Shown piece by piece: positions 1-9,704 of a stretch of 64,000 bases of DNA. Positions within the stretch are counted from its first letter, which is position 1. Every line of letters starts with the position of its first letter. This stretch comes from an uncultured Bacilli bacterium. Its GTDB lineage: Bacteria > Bacillota_I > Bacilli_A > RF39 > UBA660. The translations under genes were made by a program, and so were the position numbers. The notes beneath the pieces were generated by a model. That model ran no database searches. It saw only the letters and a program-made list of their open reading frames with translations, and was not told the DNA's origin. The stretch lies in contig CAKPMY010000001.1 of the NCBI GenBank assembly GCA_934168245.1, forward strand, positions 201,428 through 265,427, written 5' to 3'.

Positions 1-372
1 AAATTCACTTAAAAATACATTAACAGTCTTTCTCCCTACTCCAGGCATCTTCTCTAATGCTTCTCTATCAGTAGGAACAACACCATTATATTCATCAACC
101 AATATTTTGGCTATTCCAATGACATATGAAGCCTTTTTATGATAAGAACCTACTGGTCTAATAATAGACTCAATATCAAGGAAAGAAGCCTGTTTCAAAG
201 CCTCTAAAGACGTATATTTATTAAAAAGAATAGGAGTAACAGAATTAACCCTTTTATCAGTAGATTGAGCACTTAAAACAATCGCAATCAATAACTGATA
301 ATCATTATTATATAATAATTCACATTTCGGATTAGGAAATAAATAATCCAAATAACTAGTAATACTATTCAT
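1..372 (-). CDS. nth: Endonuclease III (DNA glycosylase/AP lyase), N-terminal ~124 codons; 3' part runs off the window
   Basis: Not in the ORF track (cut by window edge). Minus-strand translation from ATG at 372-370 gives MNSITSYLDYLFPNPKCELLYNNDYQLLIAIVLSAQSTDKRVN...ALEKMPGVGRKTVNVFLSEF. It carries the HhH-GPD hallmarks LSAQSTD and PGVGRKT. It overlaps the dnaD stop by 8 nt, and dnaD-nth adjacency is known from Bacillus. Confidence 0.8.
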   Translation of the reverse strand, partial: MNSITSYLDYLFPNPKCELLYNNDYQLLIAIVLSAQSTDKRVNSVTPILFNKYTSLEALKQASFLDIESIIRPVGSYHKKASYVIGIAKILVDEYNGVVPTDREALEKMPGVGRKTVNVFLSEF

Positions 373-1039
373 CATCAAACCAGTCCCAATCAACTATATC
401 ATCAATATTAACATCACTAGTATTTTCTTCCCTAACTTTAGCCCTCTTCTTACGATTATTTTCAACATCCTGAGCAGTCTTAATACCAGCCTTACCCCAT
501 TCATATAAAATCTTATCAATATATCTTAAATTAGAAACCCCATTATAAGTAGCTTCTTTAATAGCCTCCTTAATAAGTTCCTCACTCATATCATTATCAA
601 GCCAAGCCTTAATAATTTCATATTCAATAGGACTAAGAGTTCTTCCAAATTCTTTCTCAATAATCTCAAAAATATTAGAATTTTCACTCTTAGAAACCTG
701 ATTAACTTGATCCATTGTCATTAAAGAAAGTTTATTATAAAAATTATCAAGTAAAACAACCTCCTCCATAAGTCCCTTCTCATTCTTCATAACATCAACA
801 CTAATAAAGTTTTTATCACTAAGAACCCCAATATAATTCATAACGTCTTTTAATTCAATATTTAAGTCACTAGCAAACTTACTAGGATCAAACAAGAATT
901 TATTACCTAGAGAATATAAATACATTAAAAATATAAATTCACTAATCTCTAACTTTAACTCTTTATAATGTTGTAATAAAAAAAGAGGAATAACTATATG
1001 ACCCTGCTTAAAAATATCTATTAATTTAGCACTCTTCAT
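365..1039 (-). CDS. dnaD: DnaD-domain replication initiation / primosome protein
   Basis: C-terminal DnaD/DnaB_2-type repeat EFGRTLSPIEYEIIKAWLD...SNLRYIDKILYEWGKAGIKT. Located directly upstream of nth. Confidence 0.75.
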   Translation of the reverse strand: MKSAKLIDIFKQGHIVIPLFLLQHYKELKLEISEFIFLMYLYSLGNKFLFDPSKFASDLNIELKDVMNYIGVLSDKNFISVDVMKNEKGLMEEVVLLDNFYNKLSLMTMDQVNQVSKSENSNIFEIIEKEFGRTLSPIEYEIIKAWLDNDMSEELIKEAIKEATYNGVSNLRYIDKILYEWGKAGIKTAQDVENNRKKRAKVREENTSDVNIDDIVDWDWFDDE

Positions 1040-1073
1040 AACATAGCCTCCTTAAATTTCTCTTTATAATAAC

Positions 1074-2168
1074 CTATTCACTATATTTATTCAATACATA
1101 TTTTATTAATTCTTCTCTATTATTAGGAACTCTTCTATATAAAACTTCATGTATTAAATCTTCATATATATCTTTTAAGTACTTACCAGGTTTCTTCTTT
1201 AAAGCCTCCAAAATATCCTCACAACTAATATCTAAATCTTTCTTAGAATGAATAACTAATCCAGCATAAGACTCTGCTATATTTTTCTTATCTAGTCCTT
1301 TTATACTTCCTGCTATACTATTAACATATAATCCATATGTATATAAAGCCATTGGATCTAAATTATTAAGTCCAAGTACTTTATTAACATCATTTATAAG
1401 ACTTTTCTCATTACTAGAAAAAGGATACTTATCTACTACATTTAAAATACTCCATACAGCAATCAAATCATCTGTATTTTTAACTTCTCTAAGTCTATCT
1501 AACTCTAACTCTTTATCAAGTCCAAGTTCTAATAATAATTCAATTCCCTTCATACTATTACTACTAGTAAATATTCTATCTAATTCTTCTTTTTTTCTAT
1601 AATAAGATAAGTTTTTTAATAGACTCTTATATTCTTTTATAGCCGCAACTACTTCTGCATCTAAATCAAAGTCTAAAATAGTAGCAAATCTAATTGCTCT
1701 AAGTATTCGTAAAGAGTCTTCTTCAAACTTAACTCTAGCATCTCCTATAGTTCTAACTACTCTTAAACTTATATCTTTCTGCCCATCAAGTAAATCTATA
1801 ATATTACCCTCATCATCCATACATATAGCATTAATAGTAAAGTCTCTTCTTAATAAATCATCATATAAATTATCTATATATTTAACCTCTGCTGGACGTC
1901 TATTATTTATATAACATATATCTTTTCTAAAAGTAGTTACTTCAAATCTAACACCATGTTTTATTACTGTAACAGACCCATAATCCTCAGCAGGTAAACA
2001 ACTATTATCAAATATTTCTTTTATCTCTTTAGGAGTCGCATTAGTATTAATATCAATATCATGAGATTCTATTCCCAAAATATGATCTCTAACAAATCCC
2101 CCTACTATATATGCTTCATATCCATGTGAATTAATTTCATGAATAAATTTTAATGCTGTCTCTAACAT
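1074..2168 (-). CDS. cca: CCA-adding tRNA nucleotidyltransferase
   Basis: Class II nucleotidyltransferase head: YIVGGFVRDHILG, DIDI, RRDFTINA. Confidence 0.85.
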   Translation of the reverse strand: MLETALKFIHEINSHGYEAYIVGGFVRDHILGIESHDIDINTNATPKEIKEIFDNSCLPAEDYGSVTVIKHGVRFEVTTFRKDICYINNRRPAEVKYIDNLYDDLLRRDFTINAICMDDEGNIIDLLDGQKDISLRVVRTIGDARVKFEEDSLRILRAIRFATILDFDLDAEVVAAIKEYKSLLKNLSYYRKKEELDRIFTSSNSMKGIELLLELGLDKELELDRLREVKNTDDLIAVWSILNVVDKYPFSSNEKSLINDVNKVLGLNNLDPMALYTYGLYVNSIAGSIKGLDKKNIAESYAGLVIHSKKDLDISCEDILEALKKKPGKYLKDIYEDLIHEVLYRRVPNNREELIKYVLNKYSE

Positions 2169-2285
2169 GCAATCACCATCTCAAATATATTATATCAAAA
2201 TCTAAATCATCTAACAATCGAACAAATAAATTCTTATATACGTAAGAAAAGGAACCTAAAAAGGTCCCTATACTTATCAGAAAAA

Positions 2286-2558
2286 TTAGTTAACTGAATC
2301 TTTTAATGCAGATCCTGCTTTAAAAGTAACAGCTTTTCTAGCAGCAATTTTAACTGTTTCACCAGTTCTTGGATTACGTCCTTCACGAGCAGCTCTTTCA
2401 GATACAGCAAATGTACCAAATCCAACTAGTGGAACTTTATCTCCTTTTACTAATGCTTCAGTAATAGTAGCAAAAGTAGCATCAATTGCTCTAGTAGCAT
2501 CTGCTTTAGTTAATCCTGTAGCAGTTGCAACAGCTTCTACTAATTCAACTTTTTTCAT
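2286..2558 (-). CDS. hup: HU-family DNA-binding protein
   Basis: 90 aa with the canonical HU signature GFGTF...RNPRTGE..I. A strong RBS (GGGAGGT) lies upstream. Confidence 0.95.
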   Translation of the reverse strand: MKKVELVEAVATATGLTKADATRAIDATFATITEALVKGDKVPLVGFGTFAVSERAAREGRNPRTGETVKIAARKAVTFKAGSALKDSVN

Positions 2559-2667
2559 ATAAATATATACCTCCCAATTGTTAATTAAGCATTGTGTTAT
2601 GCTTACATATAAAACTTATCATGTTTTAATATAAATTGCAAGAAATATCAAAGAAATTTACATACTT

Positions 2668-3000
2668 TTACTTAAGTTTATCATTAATAGAAGAAAGTAA
2701 TCCAATGATATGTCCAATTGCAAAAAAGAATAAACAGAATAAGAAACTAACAAACCAAAACAAAATCATCAAAAAGAAATTAAATTCTGTCGCTACACAA
2801 ACATCACTATATATAGTAGCCGCAGAACTACATGCTGGAAATAAGTTACCAAGAACAATACCAAATGTAAAACATAAAATATAAGTCACAATAGCAAACT
2901 TCTGATAACCATTAAAACTATATTTACCAACTTCTTTTTCAATAGCATTTAATTTAGGAAGACTTTTCTTACTTTTACTAATCTCATCAAACATATTCAT
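2668..3000 (-). CDS. Small membrane protein, unknown function
   Basis: 110 aa with two hydrophobic helices. RBS GAGGGGGA lies upstream of the ATG. Starts 2 nt after the stop of the upstream membrane gene. Preferred over the overlapping plus-strand ORF 2636-2884. Confidence 0.45.
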   Translation of the reverse strand: MNMFDEISKSKKSLPKLNAIEKEVGKYSFNGYQKFAIVTYILCFTFGIVLGNLFPACSSAATIYSDVCVATEFNFFLMILFWFVSFLFCLFFFAIGHIIGLLSSINDKLK

Positions 3001-3002
3001 AC

Positions 3003-3923
3003 TTATTTATCCCCCTCTACTTTCTTATCATCATGTTTATTATTCTTCTTATCTTTTTTAACTTCTTTCTCACTAGTATCAGTCTCTATATCTCTCTTCT
3101 CTTCTTTTTTTAAAGTATCATTAGCCTCTACACTTTTCTTATCAGTATGCATATCACTATCATTATCTTTAGTAGTATCTTCAGTATCTTTTAAAGTATC
3201 TTCTTTAGTAACATTATCTGTAACTTCTTCTATTTTTTTACCTAAGTCACTAACTACATCACTAACTTTTTCTTTATACTTATCAAAATTACCAGTATTC
3301 TTAGCATTAATCTTCTTACTATCTAAATAAACTCCATATAAATATATATATCTACCAAATAAAATAATATATATACAATCAAAAGTCGCTAACACAGTAC
3401 CATTAAATGTTGCTGTAGTAATTAAATTAACAGCAAATAATATAACTTCAATAATTACTAAAGCCCAGAAAAACCATTCATTAGATAATTCATTAAAAGG
3501 AGACTTTTCTAAACTAAATTCCTTCCAAAATCTTGTACCTCTCATAAATACATGGAAAAAGTAAACTACTAATAATGTATGTATCGCAAGAGATAATAAA
3601 GTTGTCAAATTAAAAGTTTGAAATACTGTCAAAATAGATGTAACAAATAAAATAAAGAATACAACTATCATAATTATATTAATATAATCAAAGTACTTCT
3701 TCCCAACCTTAGTCTTTAAAGAAATAAAATATACCAAAGCAATCATATAAGTAATATTATGATTAAGTATATCTTGAAACATTCTTAAAGCATCTACATT
3801 ACTATTAATTGAAAATGACTGACTACTTAATATAATAATTGAAATAATCAAAATAATAAGCCATGTAACTATAGACGGATTATCATACCATAATTCATTA
3901 TCTTTTTTCTCTTCTAAATTCAT
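3003..3923 (-). CDS. Polytopic membrane protein with a K/D/E/T-rich C-terminal tail, unknown function
   Basis: About 6 predicted TM helices followed by a ~90-aa charged low-complexity tail. The likely start is the ATG at 3923 (MNLEEKK), preceded by GGAAGGTGA. Confidence 0.45.
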   Translation of the reverse strand: MNLEEKKDNELWYDNPSIVTWLIILIISIIILSSQSFSINSNVDALRMFQDILNHNITYMIALVYFISLKTKVGKKYFDYINIIMIVVFFILFVTSILTVFQTFNLTTLLSLAIHTLLVVYFFHVFMRGTRFWKEFSLEKSPFNELSNEWFFWALVIIEVILFAVNLITTATFNGTVLATFDCIYIILFGRYIYLYGVYLDSKKINAKNTGNFDKYKEKVSDVVSDLGKKIEEVTDNVTKEDTLKDTEDTTKDNDSDMHTDKKSVEANDTLKKEEKRDIETDTSEKEVKKDKKNNKHDDKKVEGDK

Positions 3924-4042
3924 ATAATCACCTTCCATTATAAGTATATCACGAAAACTATCTACTTGTTAGAAATAAACCAATTTTTCTTTTAAAGTTT
4001 ACAATTATATGCTATAATTAGGTCTGAATTAGGAGGGATAAT

Positions 4043-5350
4043 ATGTCATTACCTATAGTAGCCTTAGTTGGTAGACCAAATGTTGGTAAATCTACTTTAT
4101 TTAATAAAATAGTTGGTAAAAAAATATCTATCATTGAAGACACTCCTGGTGTTACTAGAGATAGAATTTATCAAGAAGCCATCTACAATCAAAAAAAGTT
4201 TTACTTAGTTGATACTGGTGGAATCGATACCAGTAATGAAACTTTTAATAATGAAATAAAAATGCAAGCCGAAATTGCTATTAATGAGGCCGATATAGTT
4301 ATTTTCATAGTTGACGGAAAAGAAGGCTTAACAGCAAACGACTTAATAATTAGAGATATTCTAAGAAGAAGTAAAAAGAAAGTAATTGTTGCTATCAATA
4401 AAATGGATGCTCAAGCCGCTGAAGATAATATTTATGAATTTTATGAATTAGGTTTTGATACCTACATTCCAATAAGTAGTATTCATAATATTGGCTTTGT
4501 TGATTTAATGGACACTGTCACCAATGATTTTAATGAGAAAGAAGAAAAGCAAGATGATCGTTTAAGATTCTCAATCATTGGTAGACCAAATGTTGGTAAA
4601 AGTAGTCTAATGAATGCTCTTCTTAATGAAGAACGTGTCGTTGTATCTGATATTGCTGGTACAACAAGAGACTCTATTGATTCCGTTTTAAGATACCATA
4701 ATCAAGAATATATTTTAATTGATACCGCCGGTATGCGTAAAAAAGGTAAAGTTTTTGAAAGTATCGAAAAATACAGTCTCTTAAGATCTATGAAATCAAT
4801 AGATAATAGTGACATCTGTCTAGTTGTAATTAATGCTGAAGAAGGTATAACTGAACATGATAAACATATTGCTGGATATGCTATTGAAAAAGGTAAAGGT
4901 CTAATCTTTGTTGTAAATAAATGGGACACAGTAAAAGATACAACTATTCAAGAATTTGAAAAACTAATGCGTGCTGAATTCCAATTCGCAACTTATGCAC
5001 CTATCGTCTTCCTATCTGCTTTAACGAAGAAAAGAATTCACACACTAATGCCCGAAGTCATAAAAGTCGCCGAAAATATTAAAAAGGAAATAAAGACAAG
5101 TCTTATCAATCAAGTAATATTAGATGCTTATCAATTAAATATTCCACCTTCATATAAAGGTAAACGTTTAAAAATATACTTTACAGCTCAAACTGGTACA
5201 AAACCTCCTAAATTTACTTTTAGAGTAAATAGTAAAGGTCTAGTACACTTCTCATATGAAAGATATTTAGAAAATAAAATAAGAGAAAACTTTGACTTTA
5301 CAGGAACTCCAATCGTATTACAATTTAAAAATAAGAAAGATGATGATTAG
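4043..5350 (+). CDS. der: Ribosome-associated GTPase Der/EngA
   Basis: Two tandem G domains (GRPNVGKSTLFN..DTGG..NKMD and GRPNVGKSSLMN..DTAG..NKWD) plus a C-terminal KH-like domain. RBS AGGAGGG. Confidence 0.95.
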   Translation: MSLPIVALVGRPNVGKSTLFNKIVGKKISIIEDTPGVTRDRIYQEAIYNQKKFYLVDTGGIDTSNETFNNEIKMQAEIAINEADIVIFIVDGKEGLTANDLIIRDILRRSKKKVIVAINKMDAQAAEDNIYEFYELGFDTYIPISSIHNIGFVDLMDTVTNDFNEKEEKQDDRLRFSIIGRPNVGKSSLMNALLNEERVVVSDIAGTTRDSIDSVLRYHNQEYILIDTAGMRKKGKVFESIEKYSLLRSMKSIDNSDICLVVINAEEGITEHDKHIAGYAIEKGKGLIFVVNKWDTVKDTTIQEFEKLMRAEFQFATYAPIVFLSALTKKRIHTLMPEVIKVAENIKKEIKTSLINQVILDAYQLNIPPSYKGKRLKIYFTAQTGTKPPKFTFRVNSKGLVHFSYERYLENKIRENFDFTGTPIVLQFKNKKDDD

Positions 5351-5361
5351 AGGTAAATAAT

Positions 5362-5691
5362 ATGATAATAGGAAATAATTTTAATCACAATCCCAATCAA
5401 AACTTTGAAAACTCTAATTTTAACAATCAAAATAGAAATAATCGACTAAATCCTAATAATAGACCAACTCAAAATCAAGGTCTAAATCGAAGTCAAAATC
5501 CAAATAATAATTTTTCAAACAATCTTCTAACCAAAGACATTTCTTCTTTTAAATATGCTAATATTGAAAACAATACCGAAGTATACGATAAGTCTCTTGC
5601 TATTCTACATGATCGTCTAAAAAACAATTCTATAACTTTAGATGAATTCAATAAAAAATGTAGAGAACTTGCTAATAAAAGAAATCACTAA
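5362..5691 (+). CDS. Asn/Gln-rich protein with a C-terminal SHOCT-like motif
   Basis: The N-terminal ~55 aa are dominated by N, Q and P. The C-terminus KSLAILHDRLKNNSITLDEFNKKCRELANK resembles the SHOCT short C-terminal domain. Confidence 0.5.
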   Translation: MIIGNNFNHNPNQNFENSNFNNQNRNNRLNPNNRPTQNQGLNRSQNPNNNFSNNLLTKDISSFKYANIENNTEVYDKSLAILHDRLKNNSITLDEFNKKCRELANKRNH

Positions 5692-5729
5692 AATAAAAGT
5701 CTCCTCATATAATTTAATAGGAGGCTTTT

Positions 5730-5972
5730 ATGTTTGGTGATAACTTTTTTAAAAAAGTCGAAAAAAAGACTAATATTAACAAGGAAACTATTCTCTCTCT
5801 TGCCGACAAACTACAACGAAGTAATATGAAGGATGAAAATACTCTCCGTGAAGTGATTCAAGACATTAGTGCCATGACAGGTAAAGAAGTATCAAAAGAA
5901 AAAGAACAACGTATAATCGATGCCATAAAAAAAGACAATATCCCAAAGGATATTGGCAATATGTTTCAATAA
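5730..5972 (+). CDS. Stage VI sporulation protein F-like
   Basis: 80 aa. FFKKVEKKTNINKETILSLADKLQRSNMKDENTLREVIQDIS matches my memory of B. subtilis SpoVIF (YjcC): FFKNIEKKTG...FKDENTVR. RBS AGGAGG. Confidence 0.65.
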   Translation: MFGDNFFKKVEKKTNINKETILSLADKLQRSNMKDENTLREVIQDISAMTGKEVSKEKEQRIIDAIKKDNIPKDIGNMFQ

Positions 5973-5985
5973 AGAGTTTACCTCT

Positions 5986-6990
5986 TTATTTTTTTAAGTA
6001 TAAATTCTGTCCAAATATTAAAAATGAACTAAATGCAACTACTAATATCAAGGCTCCAATAACATAACCCTCAGACCCAGTATCTGGATTAGAACCCACA
6101 TTACTTTTGCTTGTTAAAGTCTTAGCCTCAATTACTTCAGAATAATAATTATTATCTCCAACGATAGAAGCCTTATAATAATATGTCTTATTACTATCTA
6201 AATTTTTATCATAAAGATAATTAACTCCGTCACAAGAAACACTACCAACTAATACAAAGTCACCCGTAATAGATTCAGCTCTATAAATATTACAAGAAAC
6301 ATCAGTACCAAAAGAATCTGCATTTTTAGCCAAAGCACTAATCGCAATTTCATTAGTTGAAGCATTACTAGTATTAACTATAATCTCTAAGTCACCAGCA
6401 ATATCCTTATCAGGATTTCTACTACCACTTAACTCATCAAATAAAACCTTAGTCTTAGAACTATCTAAAGAAATTACAAACTTTCTAATAAAATCTCCTG
6501 AAATAGTTACAGAATCTTCTTCAATCTTAAAAGGTTCTGATACAACTAATAATCCATACTTATCATAATTTGAAGTATATTCAGGACGCTCATCAACATC
6601 AAACCAAGACAAAACATTAGTAATTTGTGTTTCATTATATCCACAAGCAAAGTAATAGCCATACAACAAGTCAAGCATATAAAGTGCATCGTAAAAACTT
6701 TTACTGTAATTATCTTTATTAATTTCCATGCTAGTATTATCAAGTGTAATAGCCTCCTCAGTATAAGGCACATTCCAAGGATCAATAAATCCAGGATAAG
6801 ACATATAAATTCTATTTCCTGTTGCCGAGAAACTAAACTGTGTCTCTGCATCTTCCTCCTTAACATACTCATTAGCAGACGTGATAACCTTATCAATAGG
6901 AATCAAATCTGCAGCACCTGCACGAACATTTAAAACTATAAATTGACTAATTAAAAGCATAGCCAAAAAACTATATAATATCTTTTTCAT
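5986..6990 (-). CDS. Secreted, probably sortase-anchored surface protein (NPDTG sorting signal)
   Basis: Signal peptide MKKILYSFLAMLLISQFIVLNVRAGA (start ATG 6990, RBS GAGGAG). The C-terminus has NPDTG, a ~22-aa hydrophobic stretch and a KK tail. A FN3-like segment (KTYYYKASIVGDNNYYSEVIEAKT) is present. Confidence 0.55.
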   Translation of the reverse strand: MKKILYSFLAMLLISQFIVLNVRAGAADLIPIDKVITSANEYVKEEDAETQFSFSATGNRIYMSYPGFIDPWNVPYTEEAITLDNTSMEINKDNYSKSFYDALYMLDLLYGYYFACGYNETQITNVLSWFDVDERPEYTSNYDKYGLLVVSEPFKIEEDSVTISGDFIRKFVISLDSSKTKVLFDELSGSRNPDKDIAGDLEIIVNTSNASTNEIAISALAKNADSFGTDVSCNIYRAESITGDFVLVGSVSCDGVNYLYDKNLDSNKTYYYKASIVGDNNYYSEVIEAKTLTSKSNVGSNPDTGSEGYVIGALILVVAFSSFLIFGQNLYLKK

Positions 6991-7095
6991 AAACAACTCC
7001 TCTACTATAATCAAATTATAACATAAAAATAAAGTTTAAAATAGTTCTTTTTTATCAAAAAAACTCATACTCTTTATTGTATAAGGAGAATGTAT

Positions 7096-8571
7096 ATGGA
7101 TAAACAAGAAATAATAAAAAATATTGCGAAAAGAACAAATGGAGATATTTATCTAGGTGTAGTCGGTGCGGTAAGAACTGGTAAATCTACTTTCATCAAA
7201 CGTATGGTAGAAACTCTTATTATTCCAAATATAGAAGATGAATATGAAAGAAAACGTGCTCTAGATGAAATACCTCAAAGTGCTGCCGGTAAAACTATCA
7301 TGACAACTGAACCTAAATTTGTTCCTAACAATGCTGCCAATGTAAAAATAGATGACTTTTCTTGTAACATACGTTTAATTGACTGTGTTGGCTACATGAT
7401 TGATAAAGCCCAAGGAGCAACCGATGAAAATGGTCCACGAATGGTAAAAACACCATGGTACACTGAAGAAATACCATTTGTTGAAGCCGCTGAAATTGGT
7501 ACTGAAAAAGTAATAAAAGACCACTCAACAATTGGTATTGTTGTAACTACTGACGGATCTATCGGTGAATTCGAAAGAAGCGACTATGTAGATGCTGAAC
7601 AAAGAGTCATAGAAGAACTAAAAAATATTGGAAAACCATTTATAGTAGTCCTAAATTCAACTCATCCAACTCTACCAGAAACAGAAAAACTAGCCAACAA
7701 ATTAAAAGAAACATACGAAGTACCTGTATTACCAATAAGTATTGAAGCCATGAATGAAAAAGATATGTACAATATCTTAAAAGAAGCACTATACGAATTC
7801 CCAGTCCTAGAAGTAAAAGTAAATATGCCAGAATGGATTGCAATCCTAAACCCTGATCATGAAGTAAAAAAATCATACATCGACTCAATCAAAGAAAGTG
7901 TAACTGAAATTGATAAACTAAAAGACATCGATAACATCATAAGCCACTTCTTAACTAATCCAATGATTGAAAAAAGTTATCTATCAGATGTAGACCCTTC
8001 AACTGGAATTGTAACTGTAAATTTAACTGCTCCAGCCGATCTTTACAATAAAACCTTAACTGATATTATAAAAATAGATGTAAAAAATAAAGCCGATTTA
8101 CTTTCACTATTCCAAGAATTTAATACTGCTAAAAAGGAATATGACCAAATAAAATATGCTCTAAAAATGGTCAAACAAACCGGTTACGGAGTTGCCACTC
8201 CATCCATTGAAGACATGAAATTAGATAAACCAGAAATCATTAAACAAGGTCCAAGATACGGTGTCAAATTAAAAGCCGTAGCCCCATCAATTCACATGAT
8301 AAGAGTAGATGTAGAATCAACATTTGAACCAATAATTGGTAGTGAAGTTCAATGTAAAGAATTAATTGACTATCTTACAAAAGATCAAGAGCACAATCCA
8401 AACAAAATCTGGAAAAGTGAAATATTTGGTCGCAGCCTAGATTCCATAGTCCAAGAAGGAATCCAATCAAAAATAAGTCTCATGCCAGATAATATCCGTT
8501 TCAAACTACAAAATACCCTAACCAAAGTCGTAAATAAAGGTTCAAATAACATGATTGCTATAGTAATTTAA
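7096..8571 (+). CDS. spoIVA: Stage IV sporulation protein A (spore coat morphogenetic ATPase)
   Basis: IAKRTNGDIYLGVVGAVRTGKSTFIKRM is near-identical to the B. subtilis SpoIVA N-terminus/Walker A. AGGAG lies 7 nt before the ATG at 7096; the track start at 7090 is too close to the RBS. Confidence 0.95.
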   Translation: MDKQEIIKNIAKRTNGDIYLGVVGAVRTGKSTFIKRMVETLIIPNIEDEYERKRALDEIPQSAAGKTIMTTEPKFVPNNAANVKIDDFSCNIRLIDCVGYMIDKAQGATDENGPRMVKTPWYTEEIPFVEAAEIGTEKVIKDHSTIGIVVTTDGSIGEFERSDYVDAEQRVIEELKNIGKPFIVVLNSTHPTLPETEKLANKLKETYEVPVLPISIEAMNEKDMYNILKEALYEFPVLEVKVNMPEWIAILNPDHEVKKSYIDSIKESVTEIDKLKDIDNIISHFLTNPMIEKSYLSDVDPSTGIVTVNLTAPADLYNKTLTDIIKIDVKNKADLLSLFQEFNTAKKEYDQIKYALKMVKQTGYGVATPSIEDMKLDKPEIIKQGPRYGVKLKAVAPSIHMIRVDVESTFEPIIGSEVQCKELIDYLTKDQEHNPNKIWKSEIFGRSLDSIVQEGIQSKISLMPDNIRFKLQNTLTKVVNKGSNNMIAIVI

Positions 8572-8593
8572 TCATAAAAAATAGCCGCAATAT

Positions 8594-8617
8594 AAAGAAT
8601 CATCTGATTCTTTTTTT
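8594..8617 (+). terminator. Intrinsic terminator after spoIVA
   Basis: AAAGAATC-atct-GATTCTTT followed by a T-run. Confidence 0.7.
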
Positions 8618-8631
8618 CTTATAAAAGAATA

Positions 8632-9072
8632 CTACACTACAACACTATTAGAAAGCATTTTTAGTACTTCATCACCATATATAAAATTACCAAATTCTAC
8701 CACTTTTAGTACAGAAACATCATTAACATCACAATAAAACTTATTATTATAAAACCTAATCTCCCTACAACCTTCCAGCACAAAATAATCATCTGTCTCA
8801 AAATAAACATCTTCATCATAAAAAACTAATATTCGTAAATCTAACGTATTAGAATACTCTAATTCATCTATTTTACACAACTCAATAAATAAACCAACCA
8901 ACTCATTAACAAAAACTTTTACTTTATAAAAACCCTTTAATTTTAACTTAACTCTATACTTTAAAATTATATTTTTAACCTCATCTATTAAATCTATCTT
9001 TTCTAAACTTGAAACATAACAAATATTAACAAACATGAAAATTTTATCTAAAGATTGTAATTCAATATGCAA
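8632..9072 (-). CDS. Hypothetical cytoplasmic protein (146 aa)
   Basis: TTG start preceded by GGTGA at 6 nt. No motif that I can assign confidently; there is a vague resemblance to the MecA-type adaptor C-terminal domain only. Confidence 0.4.
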   Translation of the reverse strand: MHIELQSLDKIFMFVNICYVSSLEKIDLIDEVKNIILKYRVKLKLKGFYKVKVFVNELVGLFIELCKIDELEYSNTLDLRILVFYDEDVYFETDDYFVLEGCREIRFYNNKFYCDVNDVSVLKVVEFGNFIYGDEVLKMLSNSVVV

Positions 9073-9116
9073 TTTTCTTCACCTAGTAATAATATATGAA
9101 AAAAGACTTAATAAGT

Positions 9117-9704
9117 TTACTCCCCTACTAAGTCTTCTATTTTTTTAACTACTTCTTTTACTCCTAATTTAGTAACGCTAGAGAAAACTACTAAGTCATC
9201 TCCAACTACTAAATCTAAAGTATCTAAAATAGTTTTTAAACTCTTCTCTTTTTTACTTCCGCCTACTTTATCAGCCTTAGTCGCAATAACAGTAACAGGT
9301 AAATTATAATACTTTAAAAAGTTATACATTAACAAATCATCTTCTGTTGGTTTCATTCTAAAATCTATCAACATAAATACTCTTTTTAAATTTTCTCTCT
9401 TCTCTAAGTACTCTTCAATCATCATTCCAAACTTAGCCTGTGTCTTTTTATCTGTAGCGGCATAGCCATATCCTGGAACATCTATTAAATAAAATGTATC
9501 ATTAACTTTATAAAAATTAAGTGTCTGAGTCTTACCTGGCTTAGATGATGTATGAGCCAAATTTCTTCTTGATAAAATCGAATTTATAAAACTACTCTTT
9601 CCAACATTACTACGTCCAACTAATAAAAACTCTGGTTTCCCATCTGTTGGATATTGACTTCTTCTAGTCGCTATAATATCCAAATTAGCCTCTTTAATTA
9701 CCAT
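9117..9704 (-). CDS. engB: Ribosome biogenesis GTPase EngB/YsxC
   Basis: GRSNVGKSSFIN (G1), DVPGYGYA (G3), TKADK (G4). Overlaps the nrnA stop by 11 nt. Confidence 0.9.
   Translation of the reverse strand: MVIKEANLDIIATRRSQYPTDGKPEFLLVGRSNVGKSSFINSILSRRNLAHTSSKPGKTQTLNFYKVNDTFYLIDVPGYGYAATDKKTQAKFGMMIEEYLEKRENLKRVFMLIDFRMKPTEDDLLMYNFLKYYNLPVTVIATKADKVGGSKKEKSLKTILDTLDLVVGDDLVVFSSVTKLGVKEVVKKIEDLVGE

Noticed and set aside
2636-2884. 82-aa plus-strand ORF overlapping the 110-aa minus-strand ORF
   Set aside because: Its product is K/N-rich low-complexity sequence with no RBS. The minus-strand ORF has an RBS, TM helices and operon continuity with the upstream gene.
7040-7075. Sigma-E-like element upstream of spoIVA (CATACTCT at 7066-7073) and sigma-G-like element upstream of the SASP gene (GTATT-17-CAACCTA, about 12215-12245)
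   Set aside because: Both are partial matches only, and the -35 regions are unconvincing in this AT-rich background. They are too weak to report as features without transcription start site data.
4201-7888. Antisense ORFs inside der, the NPDTG protein gene and spoIVA (4201-4398, 4702-4929, 6546-6896, 6625-6933, 7325-7531, 7640-7888)
   Set aside because: They are fully embedded in well-supported genes on the opposite strand or in another frame, with no RBS and biased composition. The same logic applies to the other short embedded ORFs in the track (for example 9789-10029, 11296-11484, 12042-12242, 15825-16025, 27267-27452, 28902-30029, 31525-31734, 34087-34269, 39801-39983, 41949-42155, 45657-46280, 55860-56072, 58005-58196, 60995-61249, 61827-62347 and 63127-63309).
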